A stretch of DNA of 64,000 bases. Origin: Pecten maximus. Taxonomy: Eukaryota. Location: the NCBI RefSeq assembly GCF_902652985.1, contig NC_047018.1, positions 12,214,001-12,278,000 on the forward strand, in the 5' to 3' direction. The notes beneath the pieces are model-generated. The model was not told the origin of the DNA and made no database searches. It was given only the letters and a program-made list of their open reading frames with translations. Numbering within the stretch: the stretch's first letter is position 1; each line of letters starts with the position of its first letter. Shown here one piece after another: positions 1 to 12,754 of the stretch. A program made the translations under genes and the position numbers.

Positions 1-834
1 TATTTCCTCTGTACTATCTAATGCACTAGAGCCAAGTTTCTTATTTTCAACAAAGTGTCTAATAATCAAATTTCTAATTTCAGCTTTTCTCGTTTGAGGT
101 TTTACAGTTACTAAATGTTTTCCTAATTCTTCTAACATTCATAAGAACATCTGTTCACCCATTATTCCTTAATTAAAACTGTTCCATTGGAAAGTCACTG
201 ACTCAATGATGTAAAGTCTAATGTTTAAGGGTATGATTACTGAGCAACACCACATAAATATATGTATTCTTACAGACATCAGACTCCCTTATACGTGACA
301 CTTAAAACATCTACCAGTATTAAATCAGTTTATTGATGTATGTTCTGGGTAAGTCAAATTTGGATAAGTCAACTAACATTTCCGATATTTGGTAGACAAT
401 ATAACTTTTGGAGATCATTTCGTTGATACAAGGGATGTATCGCTGTCGATGAAAACAGAATCTAATAAAAACAATAACCTTCCATTACAGTACCGTAGAC
501 ATTACATGTACCGGTACACACATATCAGTTGCTGTTAATCTTTACAAATACGATTCGATAATAAACATAAAACAAAAATAAAATGAAAAACATGTCAAAA
601 ACATCCAATAAGCCATCAGCAATTCGTTGTGTAGACATTATCAGGATTTTTTTGTGATTTTTAGGTGCTTGACGTCCTCGTGACAACCAGGATCATATAT
701 CAGGAAGTAAGCCTACCGTCTAAGTTACTAGTATCAATCAATACCAACACTGGGGTGGATAGGTCGGTAATCAATGTATGACAGCATACTGTATACCCCA
801 CCTTTATTCAGACTTCATTAATATTGAATAGCTC

Positions 835-1145
835 TGTAGTTATGAGTTTATCTCCTGCTCTGTAGATAGGGTGTAAGAATTGTACTTGCTGCTTCCATTA
901 CATGATCGTCAGAGGCGACTAAGTTTGGCATCTTATATTTTCTCCTCTTTCTAGCAATTTTGTTCTTCTTTAATTTCCCCTGACATTTCCTCACTGCTGA
1001 GTGGCTTCGGCAGTATGCTTCAGTGAGGTAGCACTATAAAGTCGGCATCGGCTCTGTATATCGCAGCCTCCCTAAACATACACATGCACTACACACATGC
1101 GTTTCGCACACAGGGAGACCGTCTGTAAATGATCCTAACCGTTAC
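835..1145 (+). mobile_element. Internally deleted SINE-like repeat of a type common in molluscs
   Basis: Contains blocks tgatcgtcagaggcgactaa, cttcggcagtatgcttcagtgaggtagcactataaa and gggagaccgtctgtaaatgatcc that resemble mollusc SINE bodies. Recognised from memory only; boundaries approximate. Confidence 0.4.
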
Positions 1146-1450
1146 ACGGTACAGATGGTACCTCAGGTCTGATACCCACACAACAACATGGTACCAGGAA
1201 GTTGGTCTATCTTGTAATTATGTACTTGATATACCTGACATAGCACACCTTACACACAATAACGTGGATACCCCTCTATTCCGAGAAGGTGGTCGTTTTT
1301 GTGCGGCCTCTGTATTCCAATCATTTTTACATTGCTTAATCTTAGTATTGAAATGTGTGGTCGGTACTCTGGTGCTTGTGGTGATATCTAGACTGTATTG
1401 TTAGCTTTTTAGTAATAACAGTATGAAGTGTACCCATTAATCAATCACAT

Positions 1451-1556
1451 CACGTGCGCTGAATTCCAAGTTAATCTTGTCTTTACCTTGACGTATTCTA
1501 TGGTCCCGTATCAACAGCATACTGTCACGTGATATCTACAACTTCTGTTATAAATA
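1451..1556 (+). promoter_or_regulatory. Putative proximal promoter of the dioxygenase gene: two CACGTG E-boxes and a TATA box
   Basis: CACGTG at 1451-1456, GTCACGTGAT at 1524-1533, TATAAATA at 1549-1556, about 100 bp upstream of ATG 1658. Confidence 0.45.
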
Positions 1557-1657
1557 CAGAATGTACTGCGCGAGAACCAGACTACTGGGGACAGACATTA
1601 AAAGCATACTTCCAAGTTAGACAATTAAACCCAAGAGAAGTTTTGTTATCAAGAAGA

Positions 1658-4600
1658 ATGGAAAATATAGCTGACTTTTATTCTAAGAAAGGCTACTTTT
1701 CTGGAATCACTGTTTTGTCAGCAGAAGAGGTGAAAAAGTTACAGACACACTTTGGCCAACTCGAGGAAAACGCAGGTAATATATTTTTTCTATACAAAAA
1801 TACGTATAGTGTTATCATTACGCAGAATAAATAATGACTTAAAAACCGAATAATACTATTGATGGTATGTAAAAATAATATATATTTTTAAACATTGAAT
1901 ATTTTTGTTTACTTTCATATATAGTCAGTGCTCGAAAAGCGTAACTAAACAATATATAACAGAACAACAATAGTTATAAAATATAATACATAGCAGTGTT
2001 ATTAATCACCGCTCACAGACTTGGGACTTAATTATCAATTGAACCAAAGCACAGTTGAAGTCAACTATCAATTGCGCTTTTATTGTTTCATAGCAAATCA
2101 ACCTAATGTAACACACAGTTCTTCAGGGCGTTACAATGTATCTCTACGAATGTTCTATTGTATCGTTGTTAACTGAGGAGAGCTGGTCTTGTTCCTTGTT
2201 TATTGATAGGCATTAGAACTGAGGAGAGCTGGTCTTGTTCCTTGTTTATTGATACTCAATAGAACTGAGGAGAGCTGGTCTTGTTCCTTGTTTATTTATA
2301 CTCGTTAGAACTGAGGAGAGCTGGTCTTGTTCCTTGTTTATTGATACTCATTATAACTGAGGAGAGCTGGTCTTGTTCCTTGTTTATTTATACTCATTGG
2401 AACTGAGGAGAGCTGGTCATGTTCCTTGTTTATTGATACTCATTAGAACTGAGGAGAGCTGGTCTTGTTCCTTGTTTATTGATAGTCATTAGAACTGAGG
2501 AGAGCTGGTCTTGTTCCTTGTTTATTTATACTCATTAGAACTGAGGAGAGCTGGTCTTGTTCCTTGTTTATTTATACTCATTGGAACTGAGGAGAGCTGG
2601 TCTTGTTCCTTGTTTATTTATACTCATTAGAACTGAGGAGAGCTGGTCATGTCCCTAGTTTATTTATAGTCATTAGAACTGAGGAGAGCTGGTCTTGTTC
2701 CTTGTTTATTGATAGTCATTAGAACTGAGGAGAGCTGGTCTTGTTCCTTGTTTATTTATACTCATTGGAACTGAGGAGGGCTGGTCTTGTTCCTTGTTTA
2801 TTTATAGTCATTAGAACTGAGGAGGGCTGGTCTTGTTCCTTGTTTATTTATAGTCATTAGAACTGAGGAGAGCTGGTCTTGTTCCTTGTTTATTGATAGG
2901 CATTAGAACTGAGGAGAGCTGGTCTTGTTCCTTGTTTATTGATACTCAATAGAACTGAGGAGAGCTGGTCTTGTTCCTTGTTTATTTATACTCGTTAGAA
3001 CTGAGGAGAGCTGGTCTTGTTCCTTGTTTATTGATACTCATTATAACTGAGGAGAGCTGGTCTTGTTCCTTGTTTATTTATACTCATTGGAACTGAGGAG
3101 AGCTGGTCATGTTCCTTGTTTATTGATACTCATTAGAACTGAGGAGAGCTGGTCTTGTCCCTTGTTTATTGATAGTCATTAGAACTGAGGAGGGCTGGTC
3201 TTGTTCCTTGTTTATTTATACTCATTGGAACTGAGGAGGGCTGGTCTTGTCCCTTGTTTATTGATACTCATTAGAACTGAGGAGAGCTGGTCTTGTTCCT
3301 TGTTTATTGATACTCATTGGAACTGAGGAGGGCTGGTCTTGTCCCTTGTTTATTGATAGTCATTGGAACTGAGGAGAGCTGGTCATGTTCCTTGTTTATT
3401 GATACTCATTAGAACTGAGGAGAGCTGGTCTTGTTCCTTGTTTATTTATACTCATTAGAACTGAGGAGGGCTGGTCTTGTTCCTTGTTTATTTATACTCA
3501 TTGGAACTGAGGAGGGCTGGTCATGTTCCTTGTTTATTGATAGTCATTAGAACTGAGGAGAGCTGGTCTTGTTCCTTGTTTATTGATACTCATTAGAACT
3601 GAGGAGAGCTGGTCTTGTTCCTTGTTTATTGATACTCATTAGAACTGAGGAGAGCTGGTCTTGTTCCTTGTTTATTTATACTCATTAGAACTGAGGAGAG
3701 CTGGTCTTGTTCCTTGTTTATTTATACTCATTGGAACTGAGGAGAGCTGGTCTTGTTCCTTGTTTATTTATACTCATTAGAACTGAGGAGAGCTGGTCTT
3801 GTTCCTTGTTTATTTATACTCATTGGAACTGAGGAGAGCTGGTCTTGTTCCTTGTTTATTTATAGTCATTAGAACTGAGGAGGAGCTGGTCTTGTTCCTT
3901 GTTTATTTATAGTCATTAGAACTGAGGAGAGCTGGTCTTGTTCCTTGTTTATTTATACTCATTAGAACTGAGGAGAGCTGGTCTTGTTCCTTGTTTATTT
4001 ATAGTCATTAGAACTGAGGAGAGCTGGTCATGTTCCTTGTTTATTGATACTCATTAGAACTGAGGAGAGCTGGTCTTGTCCCTTGTTTATTGATACTCAT
4101 TGGAACTGAGGAGGGCTGGTCTTGTTCCTTGTTTATTGATACTCATTAGAACTGAGGAGGGCTGGTCTTGTTCCTTGTTTATTTATACTCATTAGAACTG
4201 AGAAGGGCTGGTCTTGTTCCTTGTTTATTGATAGTCATTGGAACTGAGGAGAGCTGGTCATGTTCCTTGTTTATTTATACTCATTAGAACTGAGGAGGGC
4301 TGGTCTTGTTCCTTGTTTATTGATACTCATTAGAACTGAGGAGAGCTGGTCTTGTCCCTTGTTTATTGATAGTCATTAGAACTGAGGAGAGCTGGTCTTG
4401 TTCCTTGTTTATTTATACTCATTGGAACTGAGGAGAGCTGGTCTTGTTCCTTGTTTATTTATACTCATTAGAACTGAGGAGAGCTGGTCTTGTTACTTGT
4501 TTATTGATAGTCATTGGAACTGAGGAGAGCTGGTCTTGTTCCTTGTTTATTGATACTCATTAGAACTGAGGAGAGCTGGTCATGTTCCTTGTTTATTGAT

Positions 4601-5833
4601 AGTCATTAGAACTGAGGAGGGCTGGTCTTGTCCCTTGTTTATTTATACTCATTAGAACTGAGGAGAGCTGGTCTTGTCCCTTGGTTATTCATAGTCATTG
4701 GAACCGAGGAGAGCTGGTCTTTCATAGTCATTGAAACGGGGAGAGGCCAGTTTCAACTGCACAGTACAAGTTAAGACAAGATTGAGTACATATGTTTAAC
4801 AAAAATTTAGTGACCATTTGGAAGAATGTGTACTGTTATGTTAGGTTGGTCTCTATTTATTTACAGGTAAGGAAGGCGCTCAGTACTCTCTTCACAATGT
4901 TCATCTTAAACACTCATGGGTGATGGAAATCGCATCACATCAAAATATACTTCTCCATGTCCGCCAGATCCTCGGCCAGAACATCATACTTCTCGACTCA
5001 CGGTTCATCTGTAAATACCCGGAAACAGAATTAGCCCGGCCGGATGGGGCCAAGCCCTTTGTCGCATGGCACCAGGATATCAGGTATATGCTCTAAATAT
5101 CAAATAATTTCCGCAACTTTTTTTTTTTGGAACGATTTCGGGATTATTAGACAAAATGTCTATTGACGTGCTTTGTAAGGAAATTTTAATTAACAAATAA
5201 TATAAATATCAATGATAATGAATAACTACAAAATTTATGTTTCCAGATACTGGGGTGTGGACGGTGAGGTGGTCACTGCTTGGCTCGCGGTGGATGATGC
5301 TGACACGGAGAACGGATGCATGTGCGTTATACCTGGTATGGCCCGATATATTTTTGTAACATAAATCATTATGTACTCTAAATTTTTAAGTTTATACACA
5401 TTTGAAGAAAAACAAGTTTTCGTTAAATGAAAAACTAATTTGTTCCTATCTTCGGGTTTTGTAATTATCAGGAACACACACTATGGGGATACTTGAACAC
5501 AAGGTTGCCGAGGAAAAAGGAAATTTGTTGTCATCGAACCAGTCTATACCGATTCACCTATTGGACGTTACGAAGTCTACCCCGTGTCCGGTCAATGCCG
5601 GACAAATGTCGCTGCATTCCGGCCTCCTTGTACACGGAAGCGATCCCAACAAATCTAATCGGAGGCGATGTGGCTTCGTCATCAGATACGTATCTACGGA
5701 GGCGAAGCCAATTAAAGATCCTAACAGACCAAGATCTTTCCCAGCAACCGTCGTAGTAAGTGGTGCTGATGAACACAAACATTTTGAGGACCATAGCCCT
5801 GATTGGTTCTCCATTCAGCCTTTGACCGTCTAG
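1658..5833 (+). CDS. Phytanoyl-CoA dioxygenase (PhyH)-family Fe(II)/2-oxoglutarate-dependent dioxygenase, 4 exons, ~261 aa
   Basis: Exons 1658-1775, 4867-5083, 5247-5335, 5472-5833 have GT-AG boundaries and consistent phases (786 nt). Motifs: FYSKKGY, VAWHQD (HxD), VTAWLAVDDADTENGCMCVIPGTH, LLVHGSDPNKSNRRRCG (distal His and 2OG-binding Arg). AATAAA at 5913. Confidence 0.9.
2171..4720. repeat. 46-bp minisatellite (~55 copies) filling intron 1 of the dioxygenase gene
   Basis: Unit aactgaggagagctggtcttgttccttgtttattgatactcattag in head-to-tail copies with a few polymorphic positions. Confidence 0.97.
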
Positions 5834-6104
5834 AATGGTTACGACTTTAAACAGTTGTAAATCAACTGTACATTGTGATACATTATGCTGAACAATATTT
5901 ATAAAAACTAGAAATAAATCATTGCAGAAAAAATCGGATACTCTGTTGTCAATTTAAGAATTACACAATGTATCTACATTATATGTTAATCGCGATCAAC
6001 GTTAACAATGTCAAAGCAGCATAATTTACATTTCGTACTAATTATATGCTAAATCAAGGTTAATTTGTTGCCAATATGTTGATCATCCATTGTTGGTTTC
6101 GTTA

Positions 6105-6905
6105 TTATCTCCATTTGTGTGTATTCTATCTACAGATATCTCCATTAGTATGTATTCTGTCTACAGATATCTGCATTTGTGTGTATTCTGTTTACATATA
6201 TCTCCATGTGTTTGAATTCTGTCTACATATATCTCCATTTGTGTGTACTCTGTCTACAGATATCTTCATTTGTGTGTATACTGTCTACAGATATCTCTAT
6301 TTGTGTGTATTCTGGCCACAGATATCTTCATTTGTGGGTAGTCTGGCCATATATATCTCCATTTGTGTGTATTCTGTCTACATATATCTCCATTTGTGTC
6401 TATTCTGGTCACAGACATCTCCATTTGTGTGTATTCTGGTCACAGACATCTCCATTTGTGTGTATTCTGGCCACAGACATCTCCATTTGTGTGTATTCTG
6501 TCTACATATATCTCCATTTGTGTGTATTCTGGCCAGATATATCTCCATTTGTGTGTATTCTGTCTACAGACATCTCCATTTGTGTGTATTCTGGCCAGAT
6601 ATATCTCCATTTGTGTGTATTCTGTCTACATATATCTCCATTTGTATGTATTCTGTCTACAAATATATCCATTTGTGTGTATTCTGTCTACAGATATCTC
6701 CATGTGTTTGAATTCTGTCTACATATATCTCCATTTGTGTGTACTCTGTCTACAGATATCTTCATTTGTGTGTATACTGTCTACAGATATCTCCATTTGT
6801 GTGTACTCTGTCTACAGATATCTTCATTTGTGTGTATACTGTCTACAGATATCTCCATTTGTGTCTATTCTGGTCACATATATCTTTATTTGTGTGTATA
6901 CTGTC
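6105..6905. repeat. 31-bp minisatellite (~25 copies)
   Basis: Unit ccatttgtgtgtattctgtctacagatatct; it produces the stop-free overlapping ORFs at 6076-6970. Confidence 0.95.
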
Positions 6906-7592
6906 CAACTCAGAGTTTAATTCTATGTCCAATATCAACAGTTATAATACAATATTATAATAAGATATGATGTCAAACTGTGGCTGTATCCAAATAAAGA
7001 AGAATGATGGCAAACTTGTTATCAAACTTGTGAATTATTAAAGAAAACAGATTTAACACTGATGTGAACTTTTAAATGACTCTTCCTAAAATATGAGTCC
7101 TCCATCAGTTACATTATAAAAACTTCCGACGAAATCTGCCAAATTGCATCTATATCACCTTCTAACCATTATCAAAATAGTCAACCACACAGCGTTCCCA
7201 TCAGAAACATTCACAAAAATAAGATTAAAATCTATTCCGAGAAAGAAAACAGCTCTTCAATATGCGAACATCAGTACGAGTACATGTACATTTTGTTTGT
7301 TAAAACAAGTAAGAATAAAGCGAGAAGGAATAAAGAAAATGGATCAGAATTATGAAATGGCATGACTACATAATCAGGAGAAAGTGAAGATCGGAGATGT
7401 TTACGATAATTAAAAGTAAAAGAATAAAGACGTTCCAAGAGAGAGAAAGCGAAAATGATGGACTTGGGAATAGAATAGCAATACTTTTGTTTTCTTTTGA
7501 AAAATTGTATTTGTTTTTTCAATACAGTATACAATACACAAAATACAACATTACAATAAACCAACTTTCACTCACAGTTCCTCGCAGACTTA

Positions 7593-8851
7593 CGAGGGCT
7601 GATTGAGCCTCATATTGAAGAATTTGAATTTTGCCGGACATACTGTATTATTTTTTTCAACAAAGCCCCCTTCTGTATCTATACACTTTTGCCAGCGGTG
7701 TTTAAGGGCCTCAATGCCACTTTTATACAACTCCTTTTCTTTGCTGTTCAGAAAGTCATTCGTCGCATGTTAGGGTTAGGGTTAGGTTGCCTGAAATAGC
7801 TGTTTTCAATTTTGGAAATAGATGATGGATCGAGATCAGGTGAATAAGGCGGATGCTCAATCAATTTAAAGCCACACTCGTGAATGGCAGCCATGGCAAT
7901 GACAGACTTGTGAACAGGAGCATTGTATTGATGAAATAACACACCTTTAGTGAGCTTACTGCGGCGCTTAAGTTTAATATTTTCCCGTATCTGCCTCAGA
8001 AGTGAAGCATAGTATGTGTTATTGGTTGTTTGTCCATTTTTGAGAGAATCTATCAGCAGAATTCCATCTACATCTTAGCAAACCGAGGCAATAACCTTCC
8101 CAGCTGAGGGAACAGTCGTCTTTGTCATCTTCGGTGGGGGAGAGCCAGGGTAACCCCATTGTTTCGATTGTTGTTTGGCCTCTGGGGTAAAATGATGGAC
8201 CCATATTTCATCCATAGTGACAAATCTTTGAGGAAAGTTGGCAGGATCATCATAAACAAAAGTTAAGATTAGCACGCGATAATGTGCTTCTGATCATCTA
8301 TCAGAAGTCTTGGTATCCATCCGGCCGAAAGCTTTCCCATTGAAAGATCCTCGGTCAGAATGGAATGTACTCTTTACTGTGAAATGCCATCTCTACTGGC
8401 TATATATCTTTCTGTGACTCGTCTGTCAGTCATAACATTATCATGAATTGTATTGACCATTTCTGGGGTTGCAACATTGACATGCCTTCGAGGACGGGGG
8501 GTCATCCTCAAGGCTCTATCGGCCATGCTTAAATTCCGCCACCCACATTTTCACTATAACAAACGAAGGGACATCTTTCCCTAGTGTTGCTTCCATATCA
8601 TTATGGATATCCTTAGGTGGTAAACCTCTTTTATGCAAATATTGGATCACTGCTCTTTCACCAATTTTGTCCATTTTGCAAAAGCCGCTTGTCTTGCTTA
8701 CTTGGGAGTGTTACCTCGTCGATATAAACTAACAAAATGAGACCAGTCCTTGGGTACACGACAATTTACAGCCAGAAATTAGTAGGACGTAAAAAGGACA
8801 TCCTTGAGTACTCCTTCAATACGAGGCTCACAAGATATCAATCATCCCTAG
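7593..8851 (-). mobile_element. Full-length but decayed mariner (DD34D) DNA transposon
   Basis: TA-flanked imperfect TIRs (ta|cgagggctgattga...gagcctcatattgaag and cttcaatacgaggctc...tcaatcatccctag|ta). Minus-strand fragments MDKIGERAVIQYLHK, FVTMDEIWVHH, HQYNAPVH, HPPYSPDLDPS; frameshifts and stops present. Confidence 0.92.
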
Positions 8852-10519
8852 TACTTTATGAAAATGCAGGTATTTTGAACAATATTAGCATATTACAAAG
8901 TTAATAACGTATATTGATTTCCAATTCAGATATATGTCACTGAATTTGCTAGTAATCTCCATCTTTGAAAAGCTACTATTTTGTCATTACATATAAAAAT
9001 ATATTTTTCAGTATCATAGTAATTCTTAATATCTTTCTTAACACTTTCCATGCATAACATATCATGTTTCACACGCTGTTTGAAAATGTAATATTTTACA
9101 ATCAATATAATTAAGTTTTACACTTGACAATTTTTACCATGTTACCAAAAATAATCTCTTGTTTCGTAAAATTAGCACACCTGTTTGCAAAAACATCCAG
9201 TCCTCAAGAAGGTTCAAAGTGTTCACATTCACAAAAAATGTGAAATAATAGTCTCATTTGTCTGTCGTCAAAAAGTACAGAGGAAATTATATAAAATATT
9301 GATTTTTGTTAAAAAGCTATTGGTTGCCAATATCCCTATGTGTAATTCTATACTGGAACCACCTGAGGGTCACATTTTGGAATAGCAGTACATTATAGTT
9401 TACACCATACACTCGTCAGTGCATATTTACACACCTAACACAAACGTACGCTAACATCCATGTGCAAACTTTAGGAATAATATCGTGTTTGCCACACATT
9501 TATTTGAATACGTTTACACGCATATACGAAATTAATTGGACAAACGATGACAATTATCTCCCTTAGAACTGCACGAAAATTAAGTATGCGGGTTTTCCCG
9601 TATCTAAATATAAATACGTCTAATGATGCATATGACTATCAGCCGTTTCAAATTCCCAGAACAATAGCATTTCAACGTTTTATATGAATCTGTAGAAAAA
9701 AAATAATAATTTGATGGAAAGTTACATATAGGGTAAGCGAAATGCACATAAAAAGGGATATTAAACTAGTCATCAGACTAGTTAATATATTTAAAAAAAA
9801 AAAAGATTTAGCACTGATGTGAACTTTAAAATGACTTTTCTTAAAAATAAGATTTCCATAAGCTACAAAATATAAACTTCCGATGAAAGTTCTGTGCAAA
9901 TTGCAGCTATATAACCTTCTAACCATTATCAAAAATAGTCTACCGCACAGTGTTTCCATCGGAAACATTAACAAAACAAGCATTAAAATCTAAAATCTAG
10001 AAAGAAAACGGCTCTTGAATACACGAACATCAGTACGACTACATGTTCAGTTTTGTTTCTTAATAAACATTGAAGGTAAGGCTTAAGAAAACAGTAGACA
10101 GGTAGATAAAAGAGAAAGAAAGACAATATAAAAACAAGTCAAGATAAAGCGAGAAGGAATATGGAAAGAAAATGGAACAGAATTATGAAATGGCATGCCT
10201 ACAAAATCAGGAGAAAGTGAAGATCGGAGATGATTACGTGATTAAAAGTAAAAGAACAAAGATATTCCAAGAGAGAGAAAACGAGAATAATGTTACATGG
10301 TACATACAAATGATAGGGATAGTAAAAAAGAATATCAACAAGGAAAGGAGCAAGACTTGAAATAGGATAGCAATACATTATAAAGTTTACACTCGTCAGT
10401 ACATATCTACAAACCTAGCATAAACATACGCTAACATCAACATGCTTTCTATAGGAATAATATCGTATTTGCCACACACATATTCAAAGTTTGATTTGAA
10501 TACATTTACACCAATATAC

Positions 10520-10644
10520 CAAAGGCGTGTGCTTCTGGTTAGTATTAAGCGGGGAAAAAACCCTACTCATACTCTATAGACGTTGATATAGGAGTAGGGC
10601 TAATATATGTTTCTATTAATACTAAACAGAAGCAGACGCCTGTG
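10520..10644. mobile_element. ~125-bp MITE with CACAGG-like termini
   Basis: TIRs aggcgtgtgcttctggttagtattaa / ttaatactaaacagaagcagacgcct. Absent from the paralogous copy near 9520. Flanks aatatac / catatgc fit a decayed 7-bp TSD. Confidence 0.7.
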
Positions 10645-12633
10645 CATATGCGAAATGGATTGGACTAACAACAACGAGTATCCCCGTTAGAACTGCACGA
10701 CAGTTAAAGCGAAAGTACACGTAGTCGTCACGTGTCTTTAAGTACTGCGGGGTTTCCCGTTCTAAATATAAATACGACTAATGATGCATATGACTATGAG
10801 TCATTTCAAATTCCAAGAACAATGTCATATCAACGTTTTCTAAAAAAAATCTGTAGAAACAAATAATTAATTGATGGAAAGTTATATATAGGGTAAGAGA
10901 AATAAGTAACTATGGTTATGGAGTTATATATCGAGAAAAAGAAATTAGTAAAGATGGGTAAAGAATTATATAAAGTCAAAATGAAATAAGTAACAATAAC
11001 TATGGAGTTTTAAAATAAAAGTGAAGTAAGTATCGATAGTTATGGAGATATATAGAAAAAAGTGAGGTTAATAACAACAGTTGAGTTAAATATAGAGAAC
11101 GTGGGATTAGTATCGATTATTATAGAGCTATATATAAAGGGAAACCGAGTTAGTAACAATAGCTATAAGAGTTATATATAGAGAAAGTGAGTAAGTGATA
11201 TTATACATGACCGTCGAGAGGCAAGCTTGTTGGACCAAATACATGACTCTACAAGACAAGGTAGAGACTAGTTAGAATTGAAATTAGCCGTTCATCATAT
11301 ATAAAATACGGACTTAAAATAAGGATTTTCAGGTCTGACACACAATTTGATATACAAGAAAAACATCCTAGGTGGGGATAAAAACGCCATCATGTTGTTC
11401 TACAAACCAGAACAACAACTACTAGCACACATAGAAAATTGATACAGTAAAAGTACGATTATTTAGTGTAAACAAAAGAAAACAATGAAATTGATAAATA
11501 TTGTCTAGTGTTATAATGACATTAGGGAATAGGTTTATATGGCCGCCGGTATCTATGTATTGCAGCATCATACAATCTAAAACATGACGAAGGAAAACCA
11601 AATATATGATCATTACAACATACACAAAACTAACAAATAGACATCTAAGTAGCACCTCTAAAGGCAGCAGTCTGGTATGTATCCATATTCCTGCTATAGT
11701 TTGGCGGACTGCTCCACACCTGGGCGGCCCTGAAACGGTAAAACTCTTGGGATCTCCATCTGCCTTTACTAGAGGATTTCTGAATCAAAATATTGATTTT
11801 GTTAGGTTGGTAGGAATACATGTTATTAAATATGCGAAGTCTTTAAATGAGTCTTTTTGGCTACCAAATATATTTAAATCCTGACAAATCTGAAGGACGA
11901 AGCCATCAGTGCTTTTTGCCGATATCAGTTATTAATGGGCTTGGCTATGTAGGCAAAGCCTTGATGTTGATCAGGTGTAGTTTGATCCGTACGACAACTA
12001 TTCGTGTAATCAATGGACATACTGCACTCTTTTCGTGTTCACTAAGTTTCTTGCTTTGTAAATGTCCCTAAAAGATTAATTTATGTTTTAATGAAATCAT
12101 TCATGTTATGATAATGATACTAGGTAAGGGAGAGTGAGTATTTAATACATGCATGTGTATACGCTTCCTCACACACATGAATATAGATATGTATCAGAAT
12201 TATTGTTTTAATTTAGCATACAATGCATTGGTCCATTGATGAAGTGTCTCTTAACCTTATTCACCAGAAAAGAAAGTAAAGTGCCGTAAAAACCACTACT
12301 CATGCGCTGTCTAATAACACCTTAGAAGACGGGCTAGATCTTCCGGGTTTTCCAGTCCATCTGTCTATCAACATCTGAGCTCCGCCTACTTCTGAGAAAC
12401 CGGATTTCATCACATCATCATGCTGATTTATATATATTTTTAACTTAATAATGAAAGTTACTTGTTTTTGAATAAAATCAAACATATATCTGTTGACTGA
12501 AGACGAACAAATTTTCAATAAGACTTGCGTGTATTTATTTCACTCTAGCAAGTACATATTAGACGTTTGATTTTTATTAGTTGTGAAGATATTCCAGGTT
12601 TGTGGACAGATTGTGTCGGAGATGTAAATAACT

Positions 12634-12703
12634 GGGTTTCCCACTGATCACGTGACAGTTTCCATGAACACCTAAGGGCACAAGAATTACATATATATAT
12701 ATA
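12634..12703 (+). promoter_or_regulatory. Putative ACOD1 proximal promoter: kB-like site, E-box/CLEAR-like motif, TA-rich TATA-like tract
   Basis: GGGTTTCCC at 12634-12642, TCACGTGAC at 12648-12656, (TA)n at 12692-12703, ATG at 12755. Confidence 0.45.
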
Positions 12704-12754
12704 CTGGGAAAAGAGATTTTTCGCTATTGTTTACATCGATTTACACGCGTCAAG

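Larger units (their letters stand above)
7056..10900. repeat. Local diverged duplications: 7056-7480 ~ 9811-10375 and 9398-9740 ~ 10385-10900
   Basis: Shared text such as cactgatgtgaacttt...ccttctaaccattatcaaaa, aattatgaaatggcatg...atcaggagaaagtgaagatcggagat, and ctaatgatgcatatgactat. Confidence 0.85.

Noticed and set aside
2171-4720. Regular short repeats that might suggest a CRISPR array (also 17560-20877 and 30868-31958)
   Set aside because: Head-to-tail monomers without unique spacers, no cas genes, eukaryotic intron context.
5062-5083. Possible non-haem halogenase (SyrB2-like) identity for the dioxygenase
   Set aside because: The motif is H-Q-D; halogenases replace the carboxylate ligand with Ala or Gly.
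6076-6970. Overlapping Cys/Ile-rich ORFs in three frames
   Set aside because: Artefact of a stop-free 31-bp tandem repeat.
11640-12425. Exon-like, GC-richer minus-strand segments upstream of ACOD1 (possible divergent gene)
   Set aside because: Stops in all frames and no recognisable domain; could be a decayed gene or TE but cannot be supported.
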